From contig JAJSAA010000179.1 of NCBI GenBank assembly GCA_024274995.1, forward strand, positions 1 through 48,932: a stretch of DNA of 48,932 nucleotides, written 5' to 3'. The stretch comes from Deltaproteobacteria bacterium. GTDB lineage: Bacteria > Desulfobacterota > Desulfobulbia > Desulfobulbales > VMSU01. The notes below the pieces were generated by a model. The model was not told the DNA's origin. It saw only the letters and a list, made by a program, of their open reading frames with translations, and did not search any database. The position numbers and the translations under genes were made by a program. Below, in pieces: positions 8,411 to 19,222 of this stretch (the stretch's first letter is position 1; each line of letters opens with the position of its first letter).

Positions 8411-9679
8411 TTAAAGGCGCAAAAGAAAATAAAATCGGCAGCCCTCACCGGGTCTGCTGTTGACCGCAATTTTACCTTTATGAACCTCAATGGCCAGGCG
8501 GCAGAAGTACAGGCCCAGGCCTGTACCCACCAGGGCATCCTGCTTTTCAGAGAGGCGGGAGTATTTTTCAAATATTTTTTCTTGTTTGTCTTCTGACAGC
8601 CCCGGCCCCTGATCCTGCACAAAAAATTCTAACTCCTCGCTAACGGCGAGATAATTACAACCGGCGGTAATTATGGTGCTTGGTGTGGTATAACCCAGGG
8701 CGTTGGTCAATAAATTCTGCAAGACCCGCAAGATCAGGATTCGATCAACATAGGCCATGGGCAACTCAGGGTCGGCGGCCAGCACGAGCTCCACATCCTT
8801 AATCCGGGCCAGGCCGCGCAGGGCGCTCAAGGCCTCTTCAAGCAGCGCCCTGGGATGAACCTCCTCTGGACATGGAATTAATTTGCCGTCTTCCATCTTA
8901 TTGATGGCCACCAGATTATTCGCCATACGCACGGCACGATCACAGCTAATCTGGGCGGCGGCCAGAAATTCACGATTCTCCTGGCTTATAGAATAAGACA
9001 TAATATCCAGATTGGCCACCACCTCAGCCAACGGGGCCTTGAGATCATGAATCAGCATTTTGTATAACTCGTCCCGCAAAGACTCCTGTCGTTTTAACGC
9101 CCTGTTTTTGTGGCGCAGATTGTCCTTTTGGCGCCGCAGCTCCTGGTGCAGGCGCTGCTGAACCAGGGTTGAGATAATCATAGTGCTGAAATCAAGGAGA
9201 TAGGTAATATCTTCCTGTAGCAGATCTTTGTCCTCTGCCTTATCGGTAATATTTATTACCCCCAATAATTGCTCGTCTTGAAAGATCGGCAGGGAGAGCA
9301 GGGCGTTTCTTTTATAATGCTGATTATGCGGCCGCTTATTATTAAAACGGGGATCAATGGAGATATCCGGGATAAAGACAGGGGCCGCCGTCCTGGCTGC
9401 CAGAGCGGCGATGGAATCGCTGTCCATGGCCTGTTTTTCGCCAATTATTTCCCGGCGGCTGGCGGTGGCAACTATCAGGTTATGGCCCTCCAGAACCATA
9501 ATTGAGCCCTGCTCTACCCCCATATAGTCTAAGATTATTGCCAGGATATCATCCAAGCGTTTATTAAACTTACCCCCCTTCTGGTTGATAATTTTAATAA
9601 TTTTGGAGATATTTTCCAGCAGACAGTTGGCCCGTTCCACTGAGAGAGTGTGGGGTTCCGGAGGGGTATCACTATTCAT
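8411..9679 (-). CDS. GAF-domain sensor histidine kinase
   Basis: GAF region; H-box IHDLKAPL, N-box QNLLTNA, DQGPG, GTGLGL; no TM segment; start set at MNSDT. Confidence 0.92.
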   Translation of the reverse strand: MNSDTPPEPHTLSVERANCLLENISKIIKIINQKGGKFNKRLDDILAIILDYMGVEQGSIMVLEGHNLIVATASRREIIGEKQAMDSDSIAALAARTAAPVFIPDISIDPRFNNKRPHNQHYKRNALLSLPIFQDEQLLGVINITDKAEDKDLLQEDITYLLDFSTMIISTLVQQRLHQELRRQKDNLRHKNRALKRQESLRDELYKMLIHDLKAPLAEVVANLDIMSYSISQENREFLAAAQISCDRAVRMANNLVAINKMEDGKLIPCPEEVHPRALLEEALSALRGLARIKDVELVLAADPELPMAYVDRILILRVLQNLLTNALGYTTPSTIITAGCNYLAVSEELEFFVQDQGPGLSEDKQEKIFEKYSRLSEKQDALVGTGLGLYFCRLAIEVHKGKIAVNSRPGEGCRFYFLLRL

Positions 9680-9681
9680 GG

Positions 9682-11229
9682 TTATTCCCATTCAATGGTG
9701 CCTGGCGGCTTGGAAGAGATATCAAAAACTACCCGGTTGACCCCCCGCACCTCATTAATAATCCGGTTAGACATCCGGCCTAATAAATCATAGGGCAGTC
9801 TTGACCAGTCGGCGGTCATGGCATCTAAGCTGTCCACACAGCGCAGGGCCACCACGTGCTCATAGGTTCGTTCATCGCCCATGACTCCCACGGTCTGAAT
9901 GGGCAGCAGAACTGCGAAGGACTGCCAGGTCTGACGGTATAATCCAGCCAGTTTCATCTCTTCAAGGACAATGACATCGGCCTGCCGGACGATCTCAAGA
10001 CGCTGAGGGGTGATCTCGCCAATTATCCGAATCGCCAGGCCGGGGCCGGGGAAGGGCTGCCGGTAAATGGCCTCTTCGGGCAGGCCGAGCTCCAGGCCCA
10101 GGAGCCGCACCTCGTCCTTAAACAGATCACGCAGAGGCTCGATGAGATCCAGTTTCATAACCTCGGGTAGTCCGCCGACATTATGATGTGATTTAATCAC
10201 CGTATCACCGACAAAGGAGACGCTCTCTATTACATCCGGGTAGAGAGTACCCTGGGCCAGGTATTTGGCATCCTTGATTTTGCCGGCTTCTTGCTCAAAT
10301 ATCTTGATGAACCCGTGGCCGATGATCTTGCGTTTCTTCTCAGGGTCACTTACCCCGGTGAGCTGGCCGAGAAATTCATCGCGGGCATCCACCTGAATAA
10401 CATCGAGCCCGGTCTTTTCCCGGAAAAAACGCATAACACTCTCCGTCTCTCCGGTGCGCATGAGACCATTATCGACATAGATGCAGGTTAACTGGCTACC
10501 GATGGCCCGATGAATAAGGGCTGCCACTACCGAGGAGTCAACCCCACCGCTCAAGGCGCAGATAACCTGATCACTCCCCACCTTTTCCCGGATAGCGGCA
10601 ATATTGGATTCCACAAAGGACTGCATGGTCCATTTGGGCTGACAATGACACATGTCGAAGACAAAATTACGTAATACATCTTTGCCAATCAGGGTGTGAG
10701 CCACCTCAGGATGAAACTGAACCCCCACCAGGGGTTTATGCCGGTGGCGGATAGCGGCGTTGGGCGAGTGCTCGCTCACCGCTGAGATCATGAACTCGGC
10801 GGGCAGTTCCTCTATGCGGTCGCCATGACTCATCCAGACCTGGTTGGCACCTTCGGGCTCCATATTGGCGAAGAGCCCCGTACTGCTTTTGATTATCAGC
10901 TCAGACTTGCCAAATTCACGTTTTTGCGCTTTTTCCACCCGGCCGCCGCCCTGGATGGTCATTAATTGCGCCCCGTAACAAATGCCTAACACCGGAATAT
11001 CAAGATCGAATATGCCGGGATCACTCTTGGGGGCATCTTCGTCATAGACGCTCTTGGGGCCGCCGGAGAGGACTATGCCCCTGGGGCTCATAGTCTTGAT
11101 CTTCTCAAGGCTTAGATAATAGGGGTGTACCTCACAATAGACCTTCTGTTCCCGTATACGGCGGGCAATTAACTGGGTGGTCTGTGAACCAAAATCGAGA
11201 ATTAATATCTTTTCTGTTTGAATTTCCAT
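9682..11229 (-). CDS. guaA: GMP synthase (glutamine-hydrolysing)
   Basis: [40 protein letters not shown]. Confidence 0.99.
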   Translation of the reverse strand: MEIQTEKILILDFGSQTTQLIARRIREQKVYCEVHPYYLSLEKIKTMSPRGIVLSGGPKSVYDEDAPKSDPGIFDLDIPVLGICYGAQLMTIQGGGRVEKAQKREFGKSELIIKSSTGLFANMEPEGANQVWMSHGDRIEELPAEFMISAVSEHSPNAAIRHRHKPLVGVQFHPEVAHTLIGKDVLRNFVFDMCHCQPKWTMQSFVESNIAAIREKVGSDQVICALSGGVDSSVVAALIHRAIGSQLTCIYVDNGLMRTGETESVMRFFREKTGLDVIQVDARDEFLGQLTGVSDPEKKRKIIGHGFIKIFEQEAGKIKDAKYLAQGTLYPDVIESVSFVGDTVIKSHHNVGGLPEVMKLDLIEPLRDLFKDEVRLLGLELGLPEEAIYRQPFPGPGLAIRIIGEITPQRLEIVRQADVIVLEEMKLAGLYRQTWQSFAVLLPIQTVGVMGDERTYEHVVALRCVDSLDAMTADWSRLPYDLLGRMSNRIINEVRGVNRVVFDISSKPPGTIEWE

Positions 11230-11234
11230 GATAA

Positions 11235-12695
11235 TCAGCCTAATCTATAATTAGGTGCCTCCTTGGTAATAATAACGTCGTGTACATGACTTTCTTTGAG
11301 TCCGGCAGCGGTAATTTTGACGAATTTGGCCCGCTGGCGCAGGGTCTCAATATCCTTGGCCCCCACATAGCCCATCCCCGATCGCAGGCCGCCAAGCAAC
11401 TGATAGATGGTATCTGAGATTGGCCCGCGGTATGGCACCTTGCCCTCAATACCCTCGGGAACCAGCTTGGCGGGATTTTCCACCTTTTCCTGAAAATAGC
11501 GGTCACTGCTGCCCTTTTTCATGGCCCCGAGAGAACCCATACCCCGATACCCCTTATAAGTACGGCCTTGATACAAAAAGGTCTCACCTGGCGCCTCATC
11601 GGTACCGGCAAAGAGGCTGCCCACCATAATGACATGGGCTCCCATACCGATAGCCTTGGTAATATCACCAGAAAATTTAATGCCGCCGTCGGCAATAACC
11701 GGGACATCGTATTCAGCCGCCACTTTGGCGCAGCGATAGATGGCGGTCATCTGCGGTACTCCGACTCCAGCCACAATTCTCGTAGTGCAGATTGACCCTG
11801 GCCCCACCCCGATCTTGACACAATCGGCCCCGGCCTTGATCAAATCGACCACGGCCTCCGGGGTGGCAATATTGCCGGCTACTACCTGCAGATCGGGGAA
11901 ATTATCTTTTAGTCTCTTTAAGGCGTTGATAATATTTCGGGAATGACCATGGGCGGAATCCAGAACCACAATATCCACTCCGGCCTTAATCAGGCCCTCT
12001 AATGATTCGGGGGGGGTGTCAACCCCAATGGCCGCACCCACCAGCAGACGACCCAGGTCGTCCTTGGCTGCGTGGGGGTAGCGTTTGATTTTTTCCAGAT
12101 CCTTAGTGGTAATAAGCCCCGTTAAATTGCCCTCGTCGTCCACTACCAGTAATTTTTCAATCCGGTGTTCATGGAGTAGGGCCTTGGATTGTTCCAGGGT
12201 AATTCCAACTTTAGCGGTTATTAGGTTTTTGCTGGTCATGACATCTCGTACTCGGAGCAGGGGGTCGGAGACAAAGCGCAGGTCACGGTTGGTGACGATG
12301 CCCACCAGTTTTTTACCCCGCCGCACCGGTACCCCGGAGATATGGAAACGTTGCATAATGGCCTGAACATCGGCCACCGTGGCATCCTCCTCCACGGTAA
12401 TTGGATCGACAATCATGCCGGATTCAGATTTCTTGACCCTTTGTACCTCCAGGATTTGATTGTCAATTCCCATGTTTTTGTGAATAATGCCCATTCCCCC
12501 TTCCCGGGCCATGCTGATGGCCGTCCGGTGCTCAGTGACACTGTCCATGGCGGCACTAATCAGGGGAATCTGTAAATTGATCGTCTTGGTCAATCTGGTA
12601 CCAAGTTCCACCTTAGCGGGTAGAACATCGGAGGCCTGTGGAACCAGCAGCAGGTCATCAAAGGTATAGGCATCAAATATAATTTTATCTTGCAT
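11235..12695 (-). CDS. guaB: IMP dehydrogenase
   Basis: [12 protein letters not shown] pair, [21 protein letters not shown]. Confidence 0.99.
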   Translation of the reverse strand: MQDKIIFDAYTFDDLLLVPQASDVLPAKVELGTRLTKTINLQIPLISAAMDSVTEHRTAISMAREGGMGIIHKNMGIDNQILEVQRVKKSESGMIVDPITVEEDATVADVQAIMQRFHISGVPVRRGKKLVGIVTNRDLRFVSDPLLRVRDVMTSKNLITAKVGITLEQSKALLHEHRIEKLLVVDDEGNLTGLITTKDLEKIKRYPHAAKDDLGRLLVGAAIGVDTPPESLEGLIKAGVDIVVLDSAHGHSRNIINALKRLKDNFPDLQVVAGNIATPEAVVDLIKAGADCVKIGVGPGSICTTRIVAGVGVPQMTAIYRCAKVAAEYDVPVIADGGIKFSGDITKAIGMGAHVIMVGSLFAGTDEAPGETFLYQGRTYKGYRGMGSLGAMKKGSSDRYFQEKVENPAKLVPEGIEGKVPYRGPISDTIYQLLGGLRSGMGYVGAKDIETLRQRAKFVKITAAGLKESHVHDVIITKEAPNYRLG

Positions 12696-12754
12696 TGCAA
12701 AGGGCTCCCTGGGAATAATTTATGGTGAATTTTGGGGTAACTGACTGAAGCGTT

Positions 12755-13029
12755 GACGGCATCGTAAAAAGCTAAATTATACCGCGCACGGCATCCTACA
12801 TACAACGAACTTCGGTTACAAAAGTCAAAAAGTATCTCTCTGAATAAACCGCGTTAACTCAAAGAGTTATAGCCTTTTGACAAAATGAGTTCGTTGGAAG
12901 TCCGATCTACGGCGTTGTGGCGTTTCGGAGTCTCACTGCGTTCACTTACCTGTATGTCGAACTTTTCGCAGTCCTCGCTTAGCTGACTTAGCCATCTTTA
13001 GTTAGTGATGGACTTTTTACGAGTCCATC
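12755..13029. mobile_element. MITE (275 bp) upstream of guaB
   Basis: Imperfect TIRs GACGGCATCGTAAAAAG / CTTTTTACGAGTCCATC; perfect 7-bp direct repeat AAGCGTT at 12748-12754 and 13030-13036; no ORF. Confidence 0.75.
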
Positions 13030-13159
13030 AAGCGTTGGTTTAAATATATCTATTGGGCATTATTTTGAATAAGTTACTGGTAATTTATCATTCTAAATTA
13101 TTTTCATAAATAACAAAATGATAAAAACGACGATTTTGTAAAAGGCCAAAGGGGGCAGA

Positions 13160-14101
13160 TTAGCGCCCCCCGTACTGAAGGATAATTCCTTCTAAGAAAC
13201 CGCTGGTACTGACGGTTAAATTGTGGCCGGTTATTTGAATAATTGCCTGGAGCAGCATTATGCCGGCTGGAATAATTGCCCCTCGTTCTCCTAAGCCTGG
13301 CACCGAGCGGAGTGCCTTTGGTTCCAGGCCTGTTAAGCGGCCAAAAATTTCATCTAACCCGGCCCTGGTTAATTTACTGCCCTGAATCAGCCTTGCCTGG
13401 TAACACTCCAGGTTTAGGGAGAGCATGGCTAACGCGTTAGCCGTACCTCCCGAGGCTGCGAGACGTATTTTGCCGAGATCAGCAGTTATAAGTTCGGCAA
13501 ATACGGGTCTGATGAGCTCAAGAAGAAAAATTTTCATTTGGGCCTGGGTCGAGGGGTTGATTCCGGCCCTGAAAAAACGTTCTGTTAGATTAACCGCTCC
13601 GACGGGCAGACTGCGGATTAGCGGCTTCCGCCCCGCCCGGGCCAGAATTATTTCGGTACTGCCGCCCCCGGCATCGACTAAGAGCAAAGGGCGGTTACTC
13701 TCTTTTTGCCGGGATAGGCAGCCCATGAGGGTAAAGGCCGCCTCCTGTTTCGGGCTGACAACCTCAATTTCACATTGCAGAATTTCCGCAGCCTCGCGAA
13801 TAAATTTCAGGCGGTTTGCGGCCTGACGCAGGGCCTCGGTACCATAGGCCCGCACCGGCATCGCTGGTAGATCCCGTAATTGCCGGGCAAAGGTTCGGCA
13901 GGCGATAAGACCACGCTGGCGGGCCGCTTCACTTAATCCGCGGTCTGCCGTTAATTTTTCACCAAGCCGGGTTTGGCAGCAGGTATCAAGTAAAATTCGG
14001 GCAGGGGGCCACCTTGACTGTAGACCGGATACCGCCAGCAGGCGAAAACTATTGCTGCCCAAATCAATGGCGGCAAAATTTGTCTCTTTCGGTTCTTGCA
14101 C
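13160..14101 (-). CDS. ppx: Ppx/GppA family phosphatase (short form)
   Basis: AAIDLGSNSFRLL, GTEALRQAAN, VDAGGGSTE, SLPVGAV. Confidence 0.9.
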   Translation of the reverse strand: MQEPKETNFAAIDLGSNSFRLLAVSGLQSRWPPARILLDTCCQTRLGEKLTADRGLSEAARQRGLIACRTFARQLRDLPAMPVRAYGTEALRQAANRLKFIREAAEILQCEIEVVSPKQEAAFTLMGCLSRQKESNRPLLLVDAGGGSTEIILARAGRKPLIRSLPVGAVNLTERFFRAGINPSTQAQMKIFLLELIRPVFAELITADLGKIRLAASGGTANALAMLSLNLECYQARLIQGSKLTRAGLDEIFGRLTGLEPKALRSVPGLGERGAIIPAGIMLLQAIIQITGHNLTVSTSGFLEGIILQYGGR

Positions 14102-14228
14102 GATATTTACATAAGCATTCAGTAAACCACACCCTTGACTTTATAACATCTCGGAATGTAAGTGTTCACCGCCGCTTCAGGATCAGGGTAAAACAAAATT
14201 CTGGTGAATAATTACGGGAATTCTTTAC

Positions 14229-14257
14229 TTGACAAGTTTGGTTATTCGGCGCAATAT
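14229..14257 (+). promoter_or_regulatory. Sigma-70-like promoter, possibly giving a leaderless mRNA
   Basis: TTGACA-17 bp-CAATAT ending 6 nt before the ATG at 14264. Confidence 0.45.
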
Positions 14258-14263
14258 CGTGCC

Positions 14264-14869
14264 ATGCTTAACATTAACCCTGACAATCCACAAGTTAGAC
14301 TTATCGCGCAGGTAGCAGACAGACTGCGGGGCGGTGAGATTATCTGTTATCCAACCGATACTATTTATGGCATCGGCTGCGATATATTCAACCAGAAGGC
14401 GGTGAAAAGGATTCATCAACTAAAGCGGCGGCCCACCCATAAACCATTCAGTTTCATGTGTAGCAGCCTGAAGAATGTAAGTCAATACTGTCACATTTCA
14501 AATCAGGCCTATCGGTTAATGAAACGGCATCTCCCAGGGGCCTACACCTTTATCCTGCCCACCATGAAAATAGTGCCCAAGATCATGACCAGTAAGCAGA
14601 AGACGGTGGGAATAAGGGTACCGGATAATAATATATGCCTGGCCCTGGTGGAGGCCCTCGGTAATCCAATTCTGACCACCTCCGCCATTCTTAATGCCGA
14701 TGAAGAACCGGTTGGCGAGGCCTATGAACTTGAAGAAAAGCTGGCCAACCTGGTTGACCTGATAATTGACGGCGGCCAGATATATCCAGAGCCGTCAACT
14801 GTTATCTCCTTGACTGGCTCGGAACCGGTAATTTTGAGAGAGGGGAAGGGGGATAGCGGATCATTCTGA
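14264..14869 (+). CDS. Sua5/YciO/YrdC family protein (YciO-like)
   Basis: INPDNPQ, YPTDTIYGIGC, PGAYTFIL, VGIRVP, PSTVI; start set at MLNIN. Confidence 0.92.
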   Translation: MLNINPDNPQVRLIAQVADRLRGGEIICYPTDTIYGIGCDIFNQKAVKRIHQLKRRPTHKPFSFMCSSLKNVSQYCHISNQAYRLMKRHLPGAYTFILPTMKIVPKIMTSKQKTVGIRVPDNNICLALVEALGNPILTTSAILNADEEPVGEAYELEEKLANLVDLIIDGGQIYPEPSTVISLTGSEPVILREGKGDSGSF

Positions 14870-14901
14870 CCGCGACAGGTATGACCGGGGAAAGCGAAGA
14901 A

Positions 14902-15183
14902 CTACCCCTTAATCAATGGCTCTTTCAGTGATTTACTCATAGTAAAGTGAATTGATTTCCGAGCCGGGATATGCATCATCTCCCCGGTTTTGGGATTGGG
15001 TACCGATTTAGCGCGGCGCTCACGGACGCTTAAACTGCCAAAGCCTCTGATTTCAACCCGCTGGCCATTTTTCAACCCCTCAATCAGGGATGTTATAATA
15101 ATTTTTACCGCCCGTGAAGCATCCTGCTTCATCAAATACGGCATATTAGTTACTATATAATTAATAATATCTTTTTTAAGCAT
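14902..15183 (-). CDS. ihfB: Integration host factor beta / HU family DNA-binding protein
   Basis: RVEIRGFGS, NPKTGE; conserved rpsA-sppA-ihfB order. Confidence 0.85.
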   Translation of the reverse strand: MLKKDIINYIVTNMPYLMKQDASRAVKIIITSLIEGLKNGQRVEIRGFGSLSVRERRAKSVPNPKTGEMMHIPARKSIHFTMSKSLKEPLIKG

Positions 15184-15188
15184 GGTGG

Positions 15189-16094
15189 TTAATTAGTCTG
15201 ATACATAAGGGCTGGCATTCTGTTCCATAACATACTGTCTAACACCTGACTCTTCATGTCGCTCAGATAATGGAGAAGGTTAAATTTATTATCTTCCGGG
15301 TAGACCAAGGGGGGATTTTTACTGGTTATGCCGCCAAGTTTGGCCGCCATTTCCACGGCGGTGGTAAAATTACCAAGTTTATCAAGCAAACCCAGATCCA
15401 GGGCCTGCTCACCGGTAAAGACCCGGCCATCGGCAATCTTTTTAACCTTGGCCACCGTTAGATGACGGCTTTTTGCCACCGCTCCGACAAACTGTTTAAG
15501 GACGTTATTAATCATCCTCTGGAGTAGTTGACGTTCCTCTGGAGTCATATTGCGAGACATTGAACCAATATCCTTGTTGATTCCGCTCTTTACCACTTCC
15601 GTCCTATAGCCGATCTTATTGAATAATTTTTTTAAATTAGCAAATTTGATAATAACCCCGATACTGCCGGTTATGGTTCCTGGGTCAGCGACAATACGGG
15701 TAGCTCCCAAGGCGGCGTAATACGCCCCCGAGGCTGCCACGGACTGCATACTGGCAACCACGGGTTTTACCCGTGCCGTCCGCCGAATTTCATCATATAT
15801 TTCCTGGGAGGCACCCACGGCTCCACCAGGGCTGTCTATCCGTACAACTACGGCCTTGATACGGGAATTACGGCGGAAGTCGGTCAAGATCTTGATAGAC
15901 TTGTCGGCATCCATAATAACTCCCTGCAAACGCAAAACCCCAATGGCGTTGGCTTGGGTGGTCTCATAGGCCTGAGGGTGAATCAGACGGGCAATAAAAA
16001 AGGTTATTCCACCAAAGAGGAAGAGGAACAGACCCGTCAAAACGAATAAACCGAATACGACGGGATGCCTCTGGTGAAATAACCTTTTATCCAT
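15189..16094 (-). CDS. sppA: Signal peptide peptidase SppA (36K type)
   Basis: RIDSPGG, AASGAYY, TGSIGVI, DGRVFTG; N-terminal TM. Confidence 0.95.
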   Translation of the reverse strand: MDKRLFHQRHPVVFGLFVLTGLFLFLFGGITFFIARLIHPQAYETTQANAIGVLRLQGVIMDADKSIKILTDFRRNSRIKAVVVRIDSPGGAVGASQEIYDEIRRTARVKPVVASMQSVAASGAYYAALGATRIVADPGTITGSIGVIIKFANLKKLFNKIGYRTEVVKSGINKDIGSMSRNMTPEERQLLQRMINNVLKQFVGAVAKSRHLTVAKVKKIADGRVFTGEQALDLGLLDKLGNFTTAVEMAAKLGGITSKNPPLVYPEDNKFNLLHYLSDMKSQVLDSMLWNRMPALMYQTN

Positions 16095-16116
16095 GACTAT
16101 GAATTTAACGCCTTAA

Positions 16117-17916
16117 TCAGGCGTCTGTCTCTTTTTTATCGCCGTCCTCGTTCTGCTGCTGGGCAGCAATCTCCTCCTTCTTGGCATTTAAGAGATCACC
16201 TATAGTAGAGGGGCTGGCCTGTTTCTTTTGATACTCTTCAAGCACATCCTCCTGCTTGTCGGCCAGGGCCTTAATGGACAGGCCTATTTTACGATCCTTG
16301 GCTGAGACGTTAATTACCCTGGTCTCTAACTCATTACCGACCTTATACAGGCCAACCGGGCTGTTAATTTTGTCTTCGCTGATTTCAGAGACATGCACCA
16401 AACCCTCGATGCCGTCCTCAACCTCAACAAAAACTCCAAAATCCGTCACATTAGTGATCTTACCGGTGATCTTGCTGCCCACGGGATATTTGGTTACGGC
16501 CTCCTGCCAGGGATCGGGCTCCAATTGCTTGACCCCGAGAGAGAAACGCTCGTTTTCGCGGTCAATTTTCAAGACCACGGCCTGCAGGGTATCGCCCTTG
16601 CTGTATTTCTCTGAAGGATGCTTAATGCGCTCGGTCCAGGAGAGATCGGAGACATGAATAAGACCGTCAATGCCCTCTTCGATACCGATGAAGACGCCAA
16701 AGTCCGTAATATTCTTAACCTTACCCTCAATAATGGAACCTACTGGGTAATTTTCAGAAACCAGATCCCAGGGATTGGGCTGTAACTGCTTCATGCCCAG
16801 AGATATACGTTTGGCTGCGGCATCAACATTGAGAATAACTATCTCAATTTGATCTCCCATGGCAACCAGCTTGGAGGGATGTTTGGCCTTTTTTGACCAA
16901 GTCATCTCTGAAATATGGGCCAGACCCTCAACGCCCTCTTCCAATTCGGCAAATACCCCGTAATCCGTGATACTGACTACCTTGCCGCTGGCCTTGGTGC
17001 CTACAGGATAACGCTCCTGAACGGTTGACCAAGGATCTTCCTTAAGCTGCTTAACGCCGAGGGAAACCTTGCCGGAATCCTTATCGAACTTTAAGATCTT
17101 AACATCTAAATTCTCACCGACCTGGAACATCTTGGAGGGATGTGACACCCGCCCCCAGGAAAGATCGGTAATATGACAGAGGCCGTCCATGCCGCCCAGG
17201 TCAACGAAGATACCGTAATCAGTGATATTGGTAATGGTACCCTTGATAACTGCGCCTTCCTGCAGGGAATCGCGCATGGCCTCACGCAATTTATTTCTCT
17301 CCTCCTCACGAATGGCCCGGCGGGAGATAACCACATTATTACGCTTACGGTTATATTTTAAAATTTTGAATTCATAGGTCTGGCCTAACATGGCATCCAG
17401 ATCCTTAACCGGCCGCAGATCAATCTGCGAATAAGGTAAAAAGGCCGGTACTCCTATATCAACGGAAAGTCCGCCCTTGACCCGGTTCTCAATAACCCCG
17501 GGGATGGTGCCGTCATCCGCTTGAATCTGGGCAATAGCCTCCCAGACTTTTATCGCAATCGCCTTTTCACGCGACAGACAGAGACCGCCGTCCTTTTCGC
17601 GCTTTTCAACAAAGACATCAAAGACATCACCAACATGAACCTCCAACTGTTCGCCGTCGTTTTTAAACTCCGACAGGGAGATCATGGCCTCGGATTTGTC
17701 ACCGATATCAACAACCGCCATCTGACTGATGAAGTCAATAACCGTACCTGGTACAACCTCTCCGACATTGGCAACCTTTAAGCTGTCCTCAAATAAATCG
17801 GCAAAGCTGGCATCATCACTTATATTATCAAATTGACTGGCACTCACCGCTTCGACGCTCTCAACGTCAGGCGTGGACTGAACCTGTTCTGTGGTTTCTG
17901 TTACATTGTTTCCCAT
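16117..17916 (-). CDS. rpsA: 30S ribosomal protein S1
   Basis: Six S1 repeats; AGGAGG SD fits the ATG at 17916 better than the TTG at 17925. Confidence 0.98.
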   Translation of the reverse strand: MGNNVTETTEQVQSTPDVESVEAVSASQFDNISDDASFADLFEDSLKVANVGEVVPGTVIDFISQMAVVDIGDKSEAMISLSEFKNDGEQLEVHVGDVFDVFVEKREKDGGLCLSREKAIAIKVWEAIAQIQADDGTIPGVIENRVKGGLSVDIGVPAFLPYSQIDLRPVKDLDAMLGQTYEFKILKYNRKRNNVVISRRAIREEERNKLREAMRDSLQEGAVIKGTITNITDYGIFVDLGGMDGLCHITDLSWGRVSHPSKMFQVGENLDVKILKFDKDSGKVSLGVKQLKEDPWSTVQERYPVGTKASGKVVSITDYGVFAELEEGVEGLAHISEMTWSKKAKHPSKLVAMGDQIEIVILNVDAAAKRISLGMKQLQPNPWDLVSENYPVGSIIEGKVKNITDFGVFIGIEEGIDGLIHVSDLSWTERIKHPSEKYSKGDTLQAVVLKIDRENERFSLGVKQLEPDPWQEAVTKYPVGSKITGKITNVTDFGVFVEVEDGIEGLVHVSEISEDKINSPVGLYKVGNELETRVINVSAKDRKIGLSIKALADKQEDVLEEYQKKQASPSTIGDLLNAKKEEIAAQQQNEDGDKKETDA

Positions 17917-17985
17917 TAAAGACAAGCCTCCTGTTCTATTTTAGAATAGAGTTTTATACCAGACCGGAAAAGATATTTCAATATT

Positions 17986-18429
17986 TTATTTTGGAGTTCT
18001 ATTCTTTTGACAAAAATAGTCTCTGAGAATAGCCCGGTGATCAAAGGATAGGGGCGGCAGATTGTTGCGATAATAAACCAGGGCCTGCCGGGCATCATCC
18101 CGGCCGCGGGGGATGCCGTCGGCCCAGGCGGTGAATATCGTGCTTATGGTATGGAAACGCTTGTCACGCGCAGGATCGTAATAGCTTCCCAGTTGTTTAA
18201 TCAGCGTTACATCCAGCTCGGTTTCTTCCCGGGCCTCACGAACTGCGGCCTGTTCCAGGGATTCGCCGTAATCGACAAAACCACCCGGTAGCGCCCAACC
18301 GAGAGGCGGATTACGGCGTTCAATAAGAATTATACCGCCGCCCAGTTCGATAATTATATCAACCGTAGGCTTGGGAGCCTTGTATTCGCCGGTATTATGA
18401 CCGCAATGAGGGCAGATTATAAATGACAT
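17986..18429 (-). CDS. NUDIX hydrolase with N-terminal CxxC
   Basis: Nudix box [24 protein letters not shown]; CPHC; start set at MSFII. Confidence 0.92.
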   Translation of the reverse strand: MSFIICPHCGHNTGEYKAPKPTVDIIIELGGGIILIERRNPPLGWALPGGFVDYGESLEQAAVREAREETELDVTLIKQLGSYYDPARDKRFHTISTIFTAWADGIPRGRDDARQALVYYRNNLPPLSFDHRAILRDYFCQKNRTPK

Positions 18430-18992
18430 AATTCCGCGATCTCCAGCCATGATGACACGCTGCGTAATTGGTGACGCCCTTTGTTCCAGGGTTGGGTGAA
18501 GACCAGGGGAGTTATATCTTCCTGAGTTTCTAATTCCAGGCAGGTCTCGTAGCGGTCATCGACAAAATAATCCAGGCCCGCTTGTCTGATATGGCGAGCC
18601 TTGCCATCATGATCGCCCATGGCAATTAAATTGCAACTTTGAAATGTCTGGCGGCCCAGGACATGAGACAGCCAGTCGGCAATGGGCCGATGCTGCGGGC
18701 GGGCGGTTATGAAGGTGAGCGGGGCCTGCCGCCCAAGGTGCTGGAGGACGGATACTGCCCCTGGCAGAGGCCGCATTCCTGCCGCAAGCGGGTCGGCTAG
18801 CAGAACAGCAAAGGTTCCCTCCACTATCTCAGGATCAATGTCGAGACATCGACAGACATCAAATTCCACAATATCAGCCGCGCTTAGTCCGCTTATCCCG
18901 TATTTCTTATTCAGGATACGAATAAAGGCCTCGGTGGTATCGGCTACTACGCCGTCAATATCAAAGCCAATCGAACCTGGTTTAACCCGCAT
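18417..18992 (-). CDS. HAD-superfamily phosphatase (NT5C-like 5'-nucleotidase)
   Basis: [22 protein letters not shown]. Confidence 0.88.
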   Translation of the reverse strand: MRVKPGSIGFDIDGVVADTTEAFIRILNKKYGISGLSAADIVEFDVCRCLDIDPEIVEGTFAVLLADPLAAGMRPLPGAVSVLQHLGRQAPLTFITARPQHRPIADWLSHVLGRQTFQSCNLIAMGDHDGKARHIRQAGLDYFVDDRYETCLELETQEDITPLVFTQPWNKGRHQLRSVSSWLEIAELCHL

Positions 18993-19117
18993 AATTCTAC
19001 CATGTGTTTTTCTATATTTTTATTCAGCCTTTCTAACATCCTTGACAAATAAGGCCAAGAGTTGCATTATAAAAGGCTCTCTTATTCTTTAAAACATACT
19101 TTTTTTGTAAAAATCAA

Positions 19118-19166
19118 GTAACTTCAGTCAAAGCAGACAAAATTGTCTTTAACTGTGAACAGTTAC
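19118..19166. repeat. 49-bp palindromic mini-element with GTAAC/GTTAC ends
   Basis: GTAACTTCAG...GTGAACAGTTAC, internally self-complementary; flanks AAAATCAA / AAAATTAA (7/8). Confidence 0.5.
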
Positions 19167-19222
19167 AAAATTAACAGCCTTAACCCCTGCGGCCCCCTAA
19201 CCGCGAGTTGGAGTCCTGCTGA

